Assembly (NCBI GenBank): GCA_964427615.1
Contig: CAYRUR010000002.1
Span: forward strand, 81,847 to 145,846
Direction: 5' to 3'
Origin: an uncultured Gammaproteobacteria bacterium
GTDB taxonomy: Bacteria; Patescibacteriota; Microgenomatia; Levybacterales; GWA1-39-11
Length of the DNA stretch: 64,000 nucleotides
Shown: positions 29,953-40,028 of the stretch, one piece after another
Position numbering within the stretch: position 1 is the stretch's first letter
How the letters are laid out: each line of letters starts with the position of its first letter
Made by a program: the position numbers and the translations under genes
Notes under the pieces: generated by a model
What the model was told of the DNA's origin: nothing
Databases searched by the model: none
What the model saw: the letters and a program-made list of their open reading frames with translations, nothing else

Positions 29953-30402
29953 ATGAATCTTCTAGGGCAAAATGAGCTCGCGTTTCTAGCAGATCTAATC
30001 CTCGCTTTTATTTGTGGAGTCATTATTGGTGGAGAGCGAGAGCTAAAACAAAAACCAGCTGGTATTAGCACACAAACCCTCGTTATTGGCGCTTCTATGA
30101 CGTTCTCATTTATCTCTCAAAACGTAGGTGTGGGGGACCCTACCAGAATTGCTGCTCAAATTGTCTCAGGAGTAGGGTTCTTGGGTGCAGGAATTATCCT
30201 CAGGTCTGAAAAATCAAAGACTGTCTCAAACCTTACAACTGCCGCAAGTATTTGGTATTCTGCTTCTATCGGAATGGCTCTTGGCTTTGACTATCACCTC
30301 ATAGCAATTGCTGCTACTATTTATGCAGTTGTTATCAGTAGAATTCCTCACATTAACAAACGAGAAGAAGATTTTGACGATCCTTCGAATAAAGGTAGAT
30401 AA
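29953..30402 (+). CDS. MgtC/SapB family membrane protein
   Basis: IGGERE, AGIST, DPTRIAAQIVSGVGFLGAG, LTTAASIW. Confidence 0.92.
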   Translation: MNLLGQNELAFLADLILAFICGVIIGGERELKQKPAGISTQTLVIGASMTFSFISQNVGVGDPTRIAAQIVSGVGFLGAGIILRSEKSKTVSNLTTAASIWYSASIGMALGFDYHLIAIAATIYAVVISRIPHINKREEDFDDPSNKGR

Positions 30403-30443
30403 TGCTCTTACTTTATCTTTTTCATTTATTTCCCAGATAGCGT

Positions 30444-30902
30444 ATGATAAAGATAGTGAAAAACACTCCACTTATTCCCTATTTTGAGACCACACGTTAT
30501 CGAGTAGATGCTATGGTAGAGCTCGCTAATGCAAAATCAGGTGAAAAAGGAGCTGATTTAGGTGCAGGAGATGGAAGAATTCTGATTGCTTTTGCAAAAA
30601 CAGGGGTTGAAATGCATGGGTTTGAAATAGATCAAAACTATGTTAGCCAAGCCCAAAAAAACATCCAAAAAGCAGGAATTACACAAAACGCAATTTTACA
30701 CAACAAAAATTTTTGGGAAGAAGATTTATCATCCTACTCTATTATTACTATTTATGGCATGCCGGATGTTATGCAACAACTTGAGGAAAAATTGCAAAAA
30801 GAATTAAAACCAGGATCTTGCGTTTTATCTAACTACTACCCTTTTCCCAATTGGAAAGAAGAGAAGAAAAAGGATAATGTGTATCTATATATCAAAGGAT
30901 GA
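30444..30902 (+). CDS. Class I SAM-dependent methyltransferase (FAM173/DOT1-like)
   Basis: DLGAGDGRI, GFEID, KLQKELKPG. Confidence 0.88.
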   Translation: MIKIVKNTPLIPYFETTRYRVDAMVELANAKSGEKGADLGAGDGRILIAFAKTGVEMHGFEIDQNYVSQAQKNIQKAGITQNAILHNKNFWEEDLSSYSIITIYGMPDVMQQLEEKLQKELKPGSCVLSNYYPFPNWKEEKKKDNVYLYIKG

Positions 30903-31009
30903 TCACTCTATTAGTTATAGAATAGAGCCAAGAAATGCACTCCACTTTTATACAGAACACCTTCTCTTATTGACAAATAAGTAATAAATACTTAACAATA
31001 ATATAGCAT

Positions 31010-31462
31010 ATGCAAGATACTTCTAGTGACTTCTTCAATCTTCTTATACAGCTGAGTATCCTCATTCCCCTTGTCTCTCTTTCTCTTATCGGACAATGGA
31101 AATTGTACGAAAAAGCAAGATATCCGGGATGGGCTTGTCTTATACCATTTTATGGACAGTATGTTTTACTAAAAATAGTCAATAGACCAGGATGGTGGCT
31201 TATCTTCTACTTTATCCCTTTTGGGAGTATAATACTTGGGCTTATTGTCGCAATGGATCTGGCAGAGGCATTTGGTAGAAGCGGTCTTTTTGGATTTTTC
31301 CTCAATTTTCTCTTCCAACCAATTGGATTTATAATTCTAGGCTTTGGAAAATCACAATATCAAAGAGGAAATAATACTCCTCCATTAACACCTCCGGTTG
31401 CTCCAGTACCAACTGTTGCAGCCCCATTACAACCACCCTCTACTCCTAACCAACCAGCCTAA
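31010..31462 (+). CDS. DUF5684 membrane protein
   Basis: WKLYEKARYPGWACLIPFY, RPGWW, LAEAFGRS, LGFGKSQY. Confidence 0.8.
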   Translation: MQDTSSDFFNLLIQLSILIPLVSLSLIGQWKLYEKARYPGWACLIPFYGQYVLLKIVNRPGWWLIFYFIPFGSIILGLIVAMDLAEAFGRSGLFGFFLNFLFQPIGFIILGFGKSQYQRGNNTPPLTPPVAPVPTVAAPLQPPSTPNQPA

Positions 31463-31544
31463 ACGTATATTTTTCTTCTTCAAACGTTTAGCCAATATAA
31501 AAAAGAGCTTCTCTCTAGAAGTCACTTCAAACCTCTTTACTGTT

Positions 31545-31648
31545 GTCATCCTGATAAGTTACCAAACGCATACAGAATCTCTAACAGAAGAAACCTGATT
31601 CTGAACAGGTCCTTCGATCATGATCTCAGGATCAATGACCAGAATGAC
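31545..31648. repeat. REP-like element with GTCAT...ATGAC termini
   Basis: GTCATCCTGA...GATTCTG...CAGAATGAC between convergent genes. Confidence 0.55.
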
Positions 31649-31707
31649 TGATTTTGAAAAGACTTTATGTTTAGAATCTGAAAGGAACTAGTTACGAGGA
31701 AGAAAAA

Positions 31708-32550
31708 TTATATTTTCTGAAGTCTTTTTACTCGCTCCTCAACTGGCGGATGAGTTGAAAAAAGATGCATCATTTTACTGCCTAGTCCACCGAATGGATC
31801 TGAAATATAGAGAGACGAAATCGCAGGATTTGCGTTCATAGGGTTACGTTTTGCAGAATCATGAATTGCTACTAGTGCTTTTGCTAACGGCTGTCCAGTA
31901 CCAATCGTTTTTGCACCTGTTGTATCAGCTGCAAACTCCCGTTGTCTGGAAATTGCCATTTGAACAATAGAAGCAGCAATCGGCACAAGCAACGCAACTA
32001 CAATACCTAAAACCCCTGCTCCAGGATTTTCTTCGTTATCTCCACTACTACCAAAACCACTAAAAAGACTCATGTTAGCAAGAAAAGAAATGCTACTTGC
32101 CAGAACCGCTGCAATAGTTGCGATCAAAACATCACGGTTCTTCACATGCGCTAATTCATGAGCTAACACTCCTCTTAATTCGTCTTTTGAAAGTACTTGC
32201 AAAATACCTTCTGTAACTGCAACTGAGGCATGTCCTGGTCCTCTTCCCGTAGCAAATGCGTTTGCTTGTTGATCAGGAGTAATATAAAGTTTTGGCATGG
32301 GGATATTAATTTTGTGAGAAAGGTCCTGTATCATGCTATAAATTTCCCCATGTGTATTTCTATCCAAAGGCTTTGCCCGACTCATAGAAAGCGCAAGTTT
32401 ATCAGAGAAAAAGTACATGCCTCCATTCATGAGAAGTGAGAAAATAAAAGCAGTATAAATACCCTGCCTACCACCAAAAAAACCACCAAGTGTGATAAGG
32501 ATTACGCTTAAAATACCTAACAGAAGAAATGTTTTCAGAAGACTACCCAT
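31708..32550 (-). CDS. htpX: Zinc metalloprotease HtpX (M48)
   Basis: ANAFATGR, LAHELAHVKNRD, ISRQREFAAD, FSTHPP. Confidence 0.93.
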   Translation of the reverse strand: MGSLLKTFLLLGILSVILITLGGFFGGRQGIYTAFIFSLLMNGGMYFFSDKLALSMSRAKPLDRNTHGEIYSMIQDLSHKINIPMPKLYITPDQQANAFATGRGPGHASVAVTEGILQVLSKDELRGVLAHELAHVKNRDVLIATIAAVLASSISFLANMSLFSGFGSSGDNEENPGAGVLGIVVALLVPIAASIVQMAISRQREFAADTTGAKTIGTGQPLAKALVAIHDSAKRNPMNANPAISSLYISDPFGGLGSKMMHLFSTHPPVEERVKRLQKI

Positions 32551-32602
32551 ACCAGTATTATATACAATACCACAATTTATTCAATCTTTAGTGTCTGTAA
32601 GC

Positions 32603-33193
32603 TTAATTGTCCTGGATATAATACCGAATCTCCTCTTTTTGAAGATCGAGAAGATTATATAAATAGGTAATATCCTTATCTGTGTGCCTAATACATCCAG
32701 AACTTCCTGGATTTTCTACTGACAATCGACTCATATCTCCATTTACTCCATGCAATCCAAAATACCCGGGTAGCTGCCAGTTACACTGACCATTGCATTC
32801 CAGGTATGGTTCTGGTCCAAAGGGTTCTTTCTCTCCTACCGGTACATTAAGCGTTAAAAAATAGGGAGCTGTCTCAGGATTATCTTTTGTTTCCATTTTG
32901 TCTGTAATAACCCAATACTCTTTTCCAACTAATTCTGGAAGTGGTGTGGGTTTCTCACCTGGTACACCAGTTTTGACAGTAAATGTTTTTACCACTTTGC
33001 TTTTTTCTGTATTTCCTGGTACTCCTTGATATAACAACTCTTTATTTGATTTACGATGTAATAAAAACCAATAAGCTGTTTTTTCCTGAACTGATTCTTC
33101 TGTAACTTGCTTTTGAGATGGTGTTTGATTGTTGAGTGCCAAACCAATACCAATGCCAAAAAGTGCAACTAAAATACCGATGAAAATGCGCAT
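32603..33193 (-). CDS. L,D-transpeptidase (YkuD)-like exported protein
   Basis: PTP, GLHG...SSGCIRH (HxX14-17C). Confidence 0.75.
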   Translation of the reverse strand: MRIFIGILVALFGIGIGLALNNQTPSQKQVTEESVQEKTAYWFLLHRKSNKELLYQGVPGNTEKSKVVKTFTVKTGVPGEKPTPLPELVGKEYWVITDKMETKDNPETAPYFLTLNVPVGEKEPFGPEPYLECNGQCNWQLPGYFGLHGVNGDMSRLSVENPGSSGCIRHTDKDITYLYNLLDLQKEEIRYYIQDN

Positions 33194-33198
33194 ACTCT

Positions 33199-33239
33199 GT
33201 ATTGTATCAGAATGAATCGGGAAAAATTTGATACAATAC
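33199..33239. promoter_or_regulatory. Symmetric bidirectional promoter (two TGATACAAT extended -10 boxes)
   Basis: GTATTGTATCA-N19-TGATACAATAC; each -10 is 6-7 nt from an ATG. Confidence 0.7.
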
Positions 33240-33243
33240 CCTC

Positions 33244-34353
33244 ATGAAAAAGAGGCACTTTGCTTTTATTGTGTTTATCCTACTTCCTACAACGGCAGTA
33301 ATTGCTCTTGTGATTTCAAAAACAGTAATTCCTCCATTGGTTGCAACCCCTAAGTTAAAAAACAGTCCTGCTCCTTCTTCAAATATGCATACAAACAAAA
33401 CCTCATTACCCACTCCCCCACCTTCAAAAATACTGGAAAACAATTACCATATTTTCCAATCCTTTAATAACTGCGGGCCAGCAGCACTTTCTATGGCGCT
33501 TTCCTATTTTGATATTCAAAAAAGCCAACAAGAATTAGGTCAAGCCTTGCGTCCTTACCAAAACCCACAAGGAGACAATGATGATAAATCAGTAACATTA
33601 GAAGAATTAGCGCAAGAAGCTGAAAAATATGGACTCATTGCTTATCATAGGCCAAACGGAAATATAGCACTCATAAAAAAATTCATTGCTGCTGATATCC
33701 CAGTTGTTACCCGCACTTGGTTGAAGGAACATGAAGATATCGGACACTACAGAATCGTTAAAGGATATGATGACAACACCCAGGAGTTAATCCAAGATGA
33801 TTCATTACAAGGAAAAAACCTTCGTTATTCTTATAAAACATTTAATGACCTGTGGCAAAAATATAACTATGAATTTTTAGTACTTGTTCCTAAAGAAAAA
33901 CAAAAAGAAGCAGAATCAATTTTGGGAGAAATAGCAGATCCCAAAATTGCATGGGAAAAAGCAGTAAAAGATATAGAAAAAACACTAGAGACAAATCCTG
34001 ATGATATATATGCTCTTTTTAATCTATCTGTTGCCTTGTACCACACAGGCGATTATCAAAAATCAGTAGAAGCCTATGAACAAGTTGCAGATAGACTTCC
34101 GAAACGCACTCTCTGGTATCAGATAGAACCTATTCAAGCATATTTTGCACTTGGAAACTATGAAAAAGTATTTTCTCTCACTGATGCCATTTTAGAAAAT
34201 CAAAACAGGGCTTTTTCAGAAATTTATCTTTTGAGAGGAGAAATCTATAAAAAACAAGGGAATCTGAACGCTGCAAAAAGGGAATTTGAAAAAGCAGTAC
34301 TTTACAATAAAAACTTGTTGGAAGCACAAAATGCCCTTTCTTCTCTAGAATAA
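33244..34353 (+). CDS. C39-like peptidase with TPR repeats
   Basis: QSFNNCGPAAL, GHYRIVKGYD, C-terminal TPR helices. Confidence 0.85.
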   Translation: MKKRHFAFIVFILLPTTAVIALVISKTVIPPLVATPKLKNSPAPSSNMHTNKTSLPTPPPSKILENNYHIFQSFNNCGPAALSMALSYFDIQKSQQELGQALRPYQNPQGDNDDKSVTLEELAQEAEKYGLIAYHRPNGNIALIKKFIAADIPVVTRTWLKEHEDIGHYRIVKGYDDNTQELIQDDSLQGKNLRYSYKTFNDLWQKYNYEFLVLVPKEKQKEAESILGEIADPKIAWEKAVKDIEKTLETNPDDIYALFNLSVALYHTGDYQKSVEAYEQVADRLPKRTLWYQIEPIQAYFALGNYEKVFSLTDAILENQNRAFSEIYLLRGEIYKKQGNLNAAKREFEKAVLYNKNLLEAQNALSSLE

Positions 34354-34440
34354 CTACTATTCTCGTGGATGAACAAACTCCTTTCATCCCTCCCACCCAC
34401 ATCACCTATACTTATTCACTCAACACAGAGAAAGCATCTT

Positions 34441-34836
34441 CTATTTATTTCCTCTTCCATTTCCGTTATGCTTTCGTTCTCTTGGCTTTACGGTAATGTT
34501 GTTGACTACATCCACTACCCCACTACTCCAGTAAGCATCACCATAAGCAAGTGGTTTTGTGCGAGGATTTTTTACTTCCCCAGAGAGAGTTGCCACACCA
34601 TCTTTCACACTTACCTGAATCCTGTTCTCATCTGAAAGGGTAATTCCAGGATCCGCAGCGATATTATCTCTTACGATATCCGCAATTTCGTTATCATCTA
34701 AGATGAAATTTCTATTGTAATCGTATAGATCTAAGTCGGTGAATCCGGTGGGCGCTCCCCACCAATAGTAAGAAACATAAGGGAAGTTTGGATAGGTATA
34801 GAAATCATATGTAATTGGTCCAAATCTATCTGGCAT
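34441..34836 (-). CDS. BON-domain protein
   Basis: IQVSVKDGVATLSGEV...GVVDVVNNITV; SD AAGGAGGTGA. Confidence 0.85.
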   Translation of the reverse strand: MPDRFGPITYDFYTYPNFPYVSYYWWGAPTGFTDLDLYDYNRNFILDDNEIADIVRDNIAADPGITLSDENRIQVSVKDGVATLSGEVKNPRTKPLAYGDAYWSSGVVDVVNNITVKPRERKHNGNGRGNK

Positions 34837-34946
34837 ATTTGTTCACCTCCTTTTGTAAATTTAAGTCCATGGTATTGCATACAAATAAGATGATTTTAAA
34901 ATTCAGGTAAGTAATGTGTAATGGTTACCTTGAACAGAAAATAAGT

Positions 34947-35759
34947 CTATTTTTCGTAGTCTTCTTCCAAAATATAGGAGACAAATTGCTTACCTAATTC
35001 AGTCAGGACATACCTTTTTGTATCATCAAAGGTTGAAACTCGTGTGTTTGTTTCTTCCTCTGTTTTTTTCTGAGGCTTTGCTCTCACAAATTTGCCATAA
35101 AAGTCTTTTTCTCTGGATTGACGTATCAGATACCCCATTGTTAAATCAAGAATAAGCATTTTATACAAATCAGCTTCTGCAGAGTCTTCTGACGGAATTC
35201 CCTTATGCATCTGCAGCCACAACTCTTTGCGGGTCAATCCAGCAGGTGATGCTTCATATAAATGACGTAAAACAGTTATGTGCTCTTTTGAGTATCTATC
35301 TACCCAATCAATAAAAAGAGAAATAGCATAATCAGGACTGGTTTTTTTGGTAGCAGCACTTATCAAGGTATTACGAATAAGCACTCTTTTTTCCTCATTT
35401 TCCACAGCAGACCAATTCCGAAAACTTTTTCTCACGAGTCTCAAATATTCAGGGCTCTCAATACGACTTTTTACTTTTTTATTCTTCAAACCAAGGCACT
35501 GTAGCACCTCTATTAATGTAGTACCAATTTCTCGTATTTCATCTTCTTGCAGCCTTAACCATATCCTAACTAAATCATCAAACACAGCATGCTCTTCTGG
35601 GGTAACAGGAAGGATCAATTCTCTAATGTTCTCAACTTCTGTAGGAGAAATACCACTTAAATATGCGAGTGCTTTCTGCGCATCTTTATCCAGCTCTAAT
35701 TTTTCCTGCTGCTCTTGCTTTTTTTCATCTTTTTTCTGCATATCATTTTTCTTCTCCAC
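34947..35759 (-). CDS. Hypothetical protein
   Basis: 270-aa ORF with winged-helix-like C-terminus (YVLTELGKQFV). Confidence 0.7.
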   Translation of the reverse strand: MEKKNDMQKKDEKKQEQQEKLELDKDAQKALAYLSGISPTEVENIRELILPVTPEEHAVFDDLVRIWLRLQEDEIREIGTTLIEVLQCLGLKNKKVKSRIESPEYLRLVRKSFRNWSAVENEEKRVLIRNTLISAATKKTSPDYAISLFIDWVDRYSKEHITVLRHLYEASPAGLTRKELWLQMHKGIPSEDSAEADLYKMLILDLTMGYLIRQSREKDFYGKFVRAKPQKKTEEETNTRVSTFDDTKRYVLTELGKQFVSYILEEDYEK

Positions 35760-35822
35760 TAATACAATATGCTTATGAAAATCGTGCCAAAAAAATATAA
35801 TAGATTAGCAAGAAAAAAATCA

Positions 35823-37190
35823 TTACGAATAAAAAGAGGCATGAGGATCATAAAAACGCTTGCGTTTATCTTTTTTACCTTGTTCTTTTAACTCTTCTAT
35901 AGCAATTTTTTGTTGCGCCTCTATCTCATACCATGCAACAAAAGCTAACTCTTCTTGCAGTTGGGTAGAAAGGTTTCGCAATGTGTAATCAAAAGCCAAT
36001 ACTTTCTCGTCTACCACTAATGCCTTATGATTCAAACCCATCAAACGCAGCCCTTTTAGCGAACGAATACGAGACAAAGCAACATATCCCATTCCAGGAA
36101 CAAAGGGTCTCCCCAGATCTATTTCTGCTGCATCCAGGCTCATACCTTGACTTTTATGTACTGTCATTGCCCATGCAAGGCGCAAAGGCAACTGCCTAAT
36201 ACGTGCTTTTTCTTCACCATCTTCTTCAATGTTCCACTCAGAGTGAGCTACCTCAATAACCTCGCCTCTATTGGTAATCACTATTGGCAATCCTTTTTTT
36301 GTAAAGTCTTCTACTACCCCCAATGTTCCATTGACATATCCTTTCTCAAAGTTGTTTTTCAAGAACATCACTACTGCTCCTTTTTTTAACATAAGAGTAG
36401 CAGGAACAAGCGAATTCTTTTTCATCACTTCTACAAAATGAGGGCTTCCTTCTCCTTCCATTTCAAAGACATAAGGAGATGTTGGCAACTTCAATAGCTC
36501 CTGGCTATTTATGGTATCAACATGCTGATTGTGTGTATAGAGACGAGTAGAAATATGAGAAAGAGGTTTATAAAGACAGGATGCAAGTGTTTTGATAGAG
36601 GATTTACTGATCGTATTTTCTCTGATTTCATGCAAAATTGACACAAAATCAGCGTCTTGTTGACGGTATTCTTTATCAAGATAGCAGACATACAAATCTA
36701 ATTTCTGCCATAATCCTGACTCAAAAATAAAAGAAAGCGGTTCTCCTTTTGCCACTACGGGCGGTAGCTGAAAAAAATCTCCACAAAATACTACCTGCAT
36801 TCCCCCAAACGGTGCTCTACTTCCTTTGAAAGTCTGACAAATTTTATCTACCATACTTAAGGTATCGATTGAAAGCATGGATATTTCATCAACCACCAGA
36901 ACTTGTGTATTCCTAAAGCGTTTTCTCAGGTATTTGCGTTTTACGAGCTGTTCTACACCCTCCGGTGATAGATTCTTCTGTACTCCAATTCCTGCCCAAG
37001 AATGCAACGTGACCCCACCAATTTGAGTGGCAGCCACTCCTGTTGAGGCGGTTATTCCAACGCCAATTCCCTGTTGTTGTAAATAGGAAATATATTCGCT
37101 CAGTACATGCGTTTTTCCGCTGCCTGCAAAACCGGTCAAAAAGACATTTTTGCCTAATTTCAGAATATCAAGTGCTTGCTGTTGTGTCAT
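35823..37190 (-). CDS. Pif1-family 5'-3' DNA helicase
   Basis: FLTGFAGSGKT, TASTGVAA, DEISM, CGDFFQLPPV, NGTLG, QLPLRLAWAMTVHKSQG, YVALSR. Confidence 0.93.
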   Translation of the reverse strand: MTQQQALDILKLGKNVFLTGFAGSGKTHVLSEYISYLQQQGIGVGITASTGVAATQIGGVTLHSWAGIGVQKNLSPEGVEQLVKRKYLRKRFRNTQVLVVDEISMLSIDTLSMVDKICQTFKGSRAPFGGMQVVFCGDFFQLPPVVAKGEPLSFIFESGLWQKLDLYVCYLDKEYRQQDADFVSILHEIRENTISKSSIKTLASCLYKPLSHISTRLYTHNQHVDTINSQELLKLPTSPYVFEMEGEGSPHFVEVMKKNSLVPATLMLKKGAVVMFLKNNFEKGYVNGTLGVVEDFTKKGLPIVITNRGEVIEVAHSEWNIEEDGEEKARIRQLPLRLAWAMTVHKSQGMSLDAAEIDLGRPFVPGMGYVALSRIRSLKGLRLMGLNHKALVVDEKVLAFDYTLRNLSTQLQEELAFVAWYEIEAQQKIAIEELKEQGKKDKRKRFYDPHASFYS

Positions 37191-37229
37191 AATGCAAAAA
37201 CTGTTAAAAGAGTGTAAAAATAGGTTGGA

Positions 37230-37264
37230 GAGGGGCACAAGACGGGAGAGAACTTATGCCCCTC
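37230..37264 (-). terminator. Stem-loop between annealase and helicase genes
   Basis: GAGGGGCATAAG...CTTGTGCCCCTC, fully paired with one G-U on the minus strand. Confidence 0.55.
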
Positions 37265-37281
37265 ACTTTTTTTGAAAAAAC

Positions 37282-37773
37282 TTAATTCCAAAGCCAACGG
37301 GTGTGACTTCTATCTTCAGAAGAACAGAAAATACCGTGATACTGTTTACCACCTTTGGTTACCCCTTTTTTTTCAGTAGCTGGCTTTCCACATACTTCAC
37401 ATATTGCTGCTTGGAGGTTTTTTTGCTTATCATTGGACTTTTCAGACGTAGCTCGAGTCATCTCATCTGCTGAAGCCACACTCTCAATAAGCCCATATCC
37501 AGCAAAACCTAATGCTCTCCCTACTGCTGATGTTTCAGCAACTTCATACGGGTTTTCTTTTTCTATAATGCGTGCATTTTGAGGATTCACTGAACTGATT
37601 CCTGTGAAGACTTTTCCTTTCACCTTAATTGTAGCTTTAACTACAATAGGATCGTGATTAAGGACTTCTGTCTCTACTCCTTCCAACACATTATCTTCAT
37701 GTGCTAACTCTAGCCGTCTTGCTACTGTCATATACTCTTTCCCATGAATCTGTACAATTCCGTTGTTTACCAT
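37282..37773 (-). CDS. Phage-type Rad52/Sak-like single-strand annealing protein with C-terminal Zn ribbon
   Basis: GKEYMTVARRL, AETSAVGRALGFAGYG, SVASADEM; CEVC...C...H; SD AAGGAGGTGA. Confidence 0.6.
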   Translation of the reverse strand: MVNNGIVQIHGKEYMTVARRLELAHEDNVLEGVETEVLNHDPIVVKATIKVKGKVFTGISSVNPQNARIIEKENPYEVAETSAVGRALGFAGYGLIESVASADEMTRATSEKSNDKQKNLQAAICEVCGKPATEKKGVTKGGKQYHGIFCSSEDRSHTRWLWN

Positions 37774-38068
37774 CTCTTAATCACCTCCTTTGTTTGGAGA
37801 AATAACTTTTACTCAGTTCCGTATTATTTACAGGGAAGAAAGCAGGAGAAATAGCAGGTAAAATATGTTTCGCAGTCTCCACCTCTTTTCTCTTACGTCA
37901 GCTCTCTTTCCCTGCGAAAATCGTACTAGGATTATATCATCGTTTCTAGTTTTTTTCAATCATTTTTCTAATTATTTTTGCTTATGGTTGAAGCTCTATA
38001 CACCAAAAATCGCTTTCATACTAAATTCATACGTATTCTGTATATTATTCTTTCATTACATTTATAGG

Positions 38069-38569
38069 ATGAAGAATATGGGAAAGTTTTTCTCTATAGA
38101 TAATCTTGATTATGCACGCAAAGTCCCCTATGTTCCTAGTTCTTATGATAGTGTTACTACTATCACCCAGCTTGCTCAAAAGGCAAAAGAAAACACCAAA
38201 AAATCAATAAAAGCTGCTGATTTAGGATCGGGAGATGGCAGAATTATAGTATCACTTGCAGAGCATGATATAGAATCACATGGGTATGAGATAGATGGAA
38301 AGTTAGCTCTTACTGCAGAACAAAAAATTCTGGAAAAAGGCTTAGATGGTAAAGCATTTATCCATCCTGTAGACTACTGGAAAGAAAATCTCTCAGACTA
38401 TGATATTGTCATCATTTATGGCATGAACTCCGTGATGGAAAAATTGGAAAAAAAGCTGGCAAAAGAACTAAAGCCTGAAGCAAAAGTCATTTCCAATGTT
38501 TTCCAATTCCCTCACTGGAAAGCGGAAAAAGAAGTAAACCACATATTCCTCTACTCCCCTCGTGGGTAG
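38069..38569 (+). CDS. Class I SAM-dependent methyltransferase (paralog of 30444)
   Basis: PYVPS, DLGSGDGRI, GYEID, KELKPEAKVISN. Confidence 0.88.
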   Translation: MKNMGKFFSIDNLDYARKVPYVPSSYDSVTTITQLAQKAKENTKKSIKAADLGSGDGRIIVSLAEHDIESHGYEIDGKLALTAEQKILEKGLDGKAFIHPVDYWKENLSDYDIVIIYGMNSVMEKLEKKLAKELKPEAKVISNVFQFPHWKAEKEVNHIFLYSPRG

Positions 38570-38571
38570 AT

Positions 38572-38812
38572 GAGATTAAATTCTCAGTACTAAATTCGAA
38601 ATTCTAAAGAGATTGCTTCGCTAACACTCGCCATGACGTTTGTTTGGATAGCTTTTCCTAAACGTTAAACGCTAGTTCACTGCTCTCTGTTCACTGTTTT
38701 CTTCACATTCCTAAATCATGAATCTTTTTTCTAGCTTTATAAACTTTAAAAACTTTATAACTTTATAGACTCCTTAACTAATCACTAAACGCTATACGCT
38801 AACCGCTTCTCC
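38572..38812. repeat. Second copy of composite intergenic repeat
   Basis: GATTGCTTCGCTAACACTCGCCATGACG, (AACTTTATA)n, CGCTATACGCTAAC shared with 19395-19570. Confidence 0.8.
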
Positions 38813-38884
38813 CCACCTTAATCTCTTTCCATTATGTTTCATGCTTTATACCCTATTCTTACAAGGAATTGGTAAAGTATCAAA

Positions 38885-39688
38885 ATGAACGGTATCACAC
38901 AGTCATTCATTGACTCTTTGACCCAACTTTTCCCATTTTTAAAAAAAGAAGAACCTATTCCCATAGAGTCGGTGATAAAAAATAGAAAAGAAGAAGCATT
39001 TTACCGCTATTCGATTTCCATACTCAACCGTGAACGTATTCCCTTTATGGTTGGAGGTACTTATGCTTTCACAGCACATACTGGCATTGTCCGTCCTACT
39101 AAAGATCTTGATATCTTTTGTAAAGCAGGAGATTACCTAAAAATTCTTAATATCTTAGAAAATAAAGGATACAAAACAGAAATAACAGATCCTCGCTGGA
39201 TTGCTAAGGCATTTTATAACGGTTTTTTTATTGACATTATCTTTGCCTCCCGCAGTGATATGGCAAATGTAGATGATGCGTGGTTCAGTCGTGCTCCTTC
39301 TGCAATTATTTTTGAACAACCAGTAAAAATAATTCCGGCAGAAGAGCTTATTTGGAGTAAATCATATGTACAACATAGAGAAAAATATGACGGAGCTGAT
39401 GTAAACCACTTAATACTTAAAAAAGGAAGAGACATTGACTGGCATTATCTGCTCAACAGAATGGAAGCTCATTGGGAAATTTTATTCTCACATATTATCA
39501 ACTTTCGCTTTGTATATCCTTCAGAACGCTCTATTATCCCTCGATGGTTCATGGAAGAAATGCTTTCACGAGTAAAAGCGCAGCTAGATGCACCAGAACC
39601 ACAAGGCAAAATTACCCGAGGCCATTTAATAGCTCATAAGCAATATGATATCGATACCCAAGAGTGGGGATTTAAAAATGTAGAATAA
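38885..39688 (+). CDS. Nucleotidyltransferase family protein
   Basis: FMVGGTYAF, RPTKDLDIF, IDIIF. Confidence 0.85.
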   Translation: MNGITQSFIDSLTQLFPFLKKEEPIPIESVIKNRKEEAFYRYSISILNRERIPFMVGGTYAFTAHTGIVRPTKDLDIFCKAGDYLKILNILENKGYKTEITDPRWIAKAFYNGFFIDIIFASRSDMANVDDAWFSRAPSAIIFEQPVKIIPAEELIWSKSYVQHREKYDGADVNHLILKKGRDIDWHYLLNRMEAHWEILFSHIINFRFVYPSERSIIPRWFMEEMLSRVKAQLDAPEPQGKITRGHLIAHKQYDIDTQEWGFKNVE

Positions 39689-39712
39689 TTTTTTTCATCT
39701 TCCTTACTTTTT

Positions 39713-39931
39713 TTACTCCAAATCTCCAATTGCTTCTGCCACATCATTTGGACTATTAAATTCCATATCAGGAAGCATCCGGAGCGTTTCTAATACATTA
39801 TCATCTGCTCCTTCCTCTTCGGCTGTCCGTAATAGATCTTGCTTCGAAGCAGGATAATCAACTCCTTTCAAATACTTCTGCACTTGAATAGGATTCACTA
39901 TTTCATCCATCTCATCATCCATATCTACCAC
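39713..39931 (-). CDS. DUF2795 family protein
   Basis: NPIQVQKYLKGVDYPASKQDL...EFNSPNDV. Confidence 0.88.
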   Translation of the reverse strand: MVDMDDEMDEIVNPIQVQKYLKGVDYPASKQDLLRTAEEEGADDNVLETLRMLPDMEFNSPNDVAEAIGDLE

Positions 39932-40028
39932 CTCCTTTATCCTGTTTTATAGAGGTACTGATTGATAAATCTATAAAAAGGAGGTAAGAGTTGAGTAATG
40001 AGACATTAAAAAACGATAAAATCAAATC

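Noticed and set aside
34947-37773. Prophage or anti-phage defence island
   Set aside because: No integrase, structural genes or recognisable defence domains
37865-38068. N-terminal extension of the methyltransferase ORF
   Set aside because: Low-complexity intergenic sequence; the paralog at 30444 supports the shorter start
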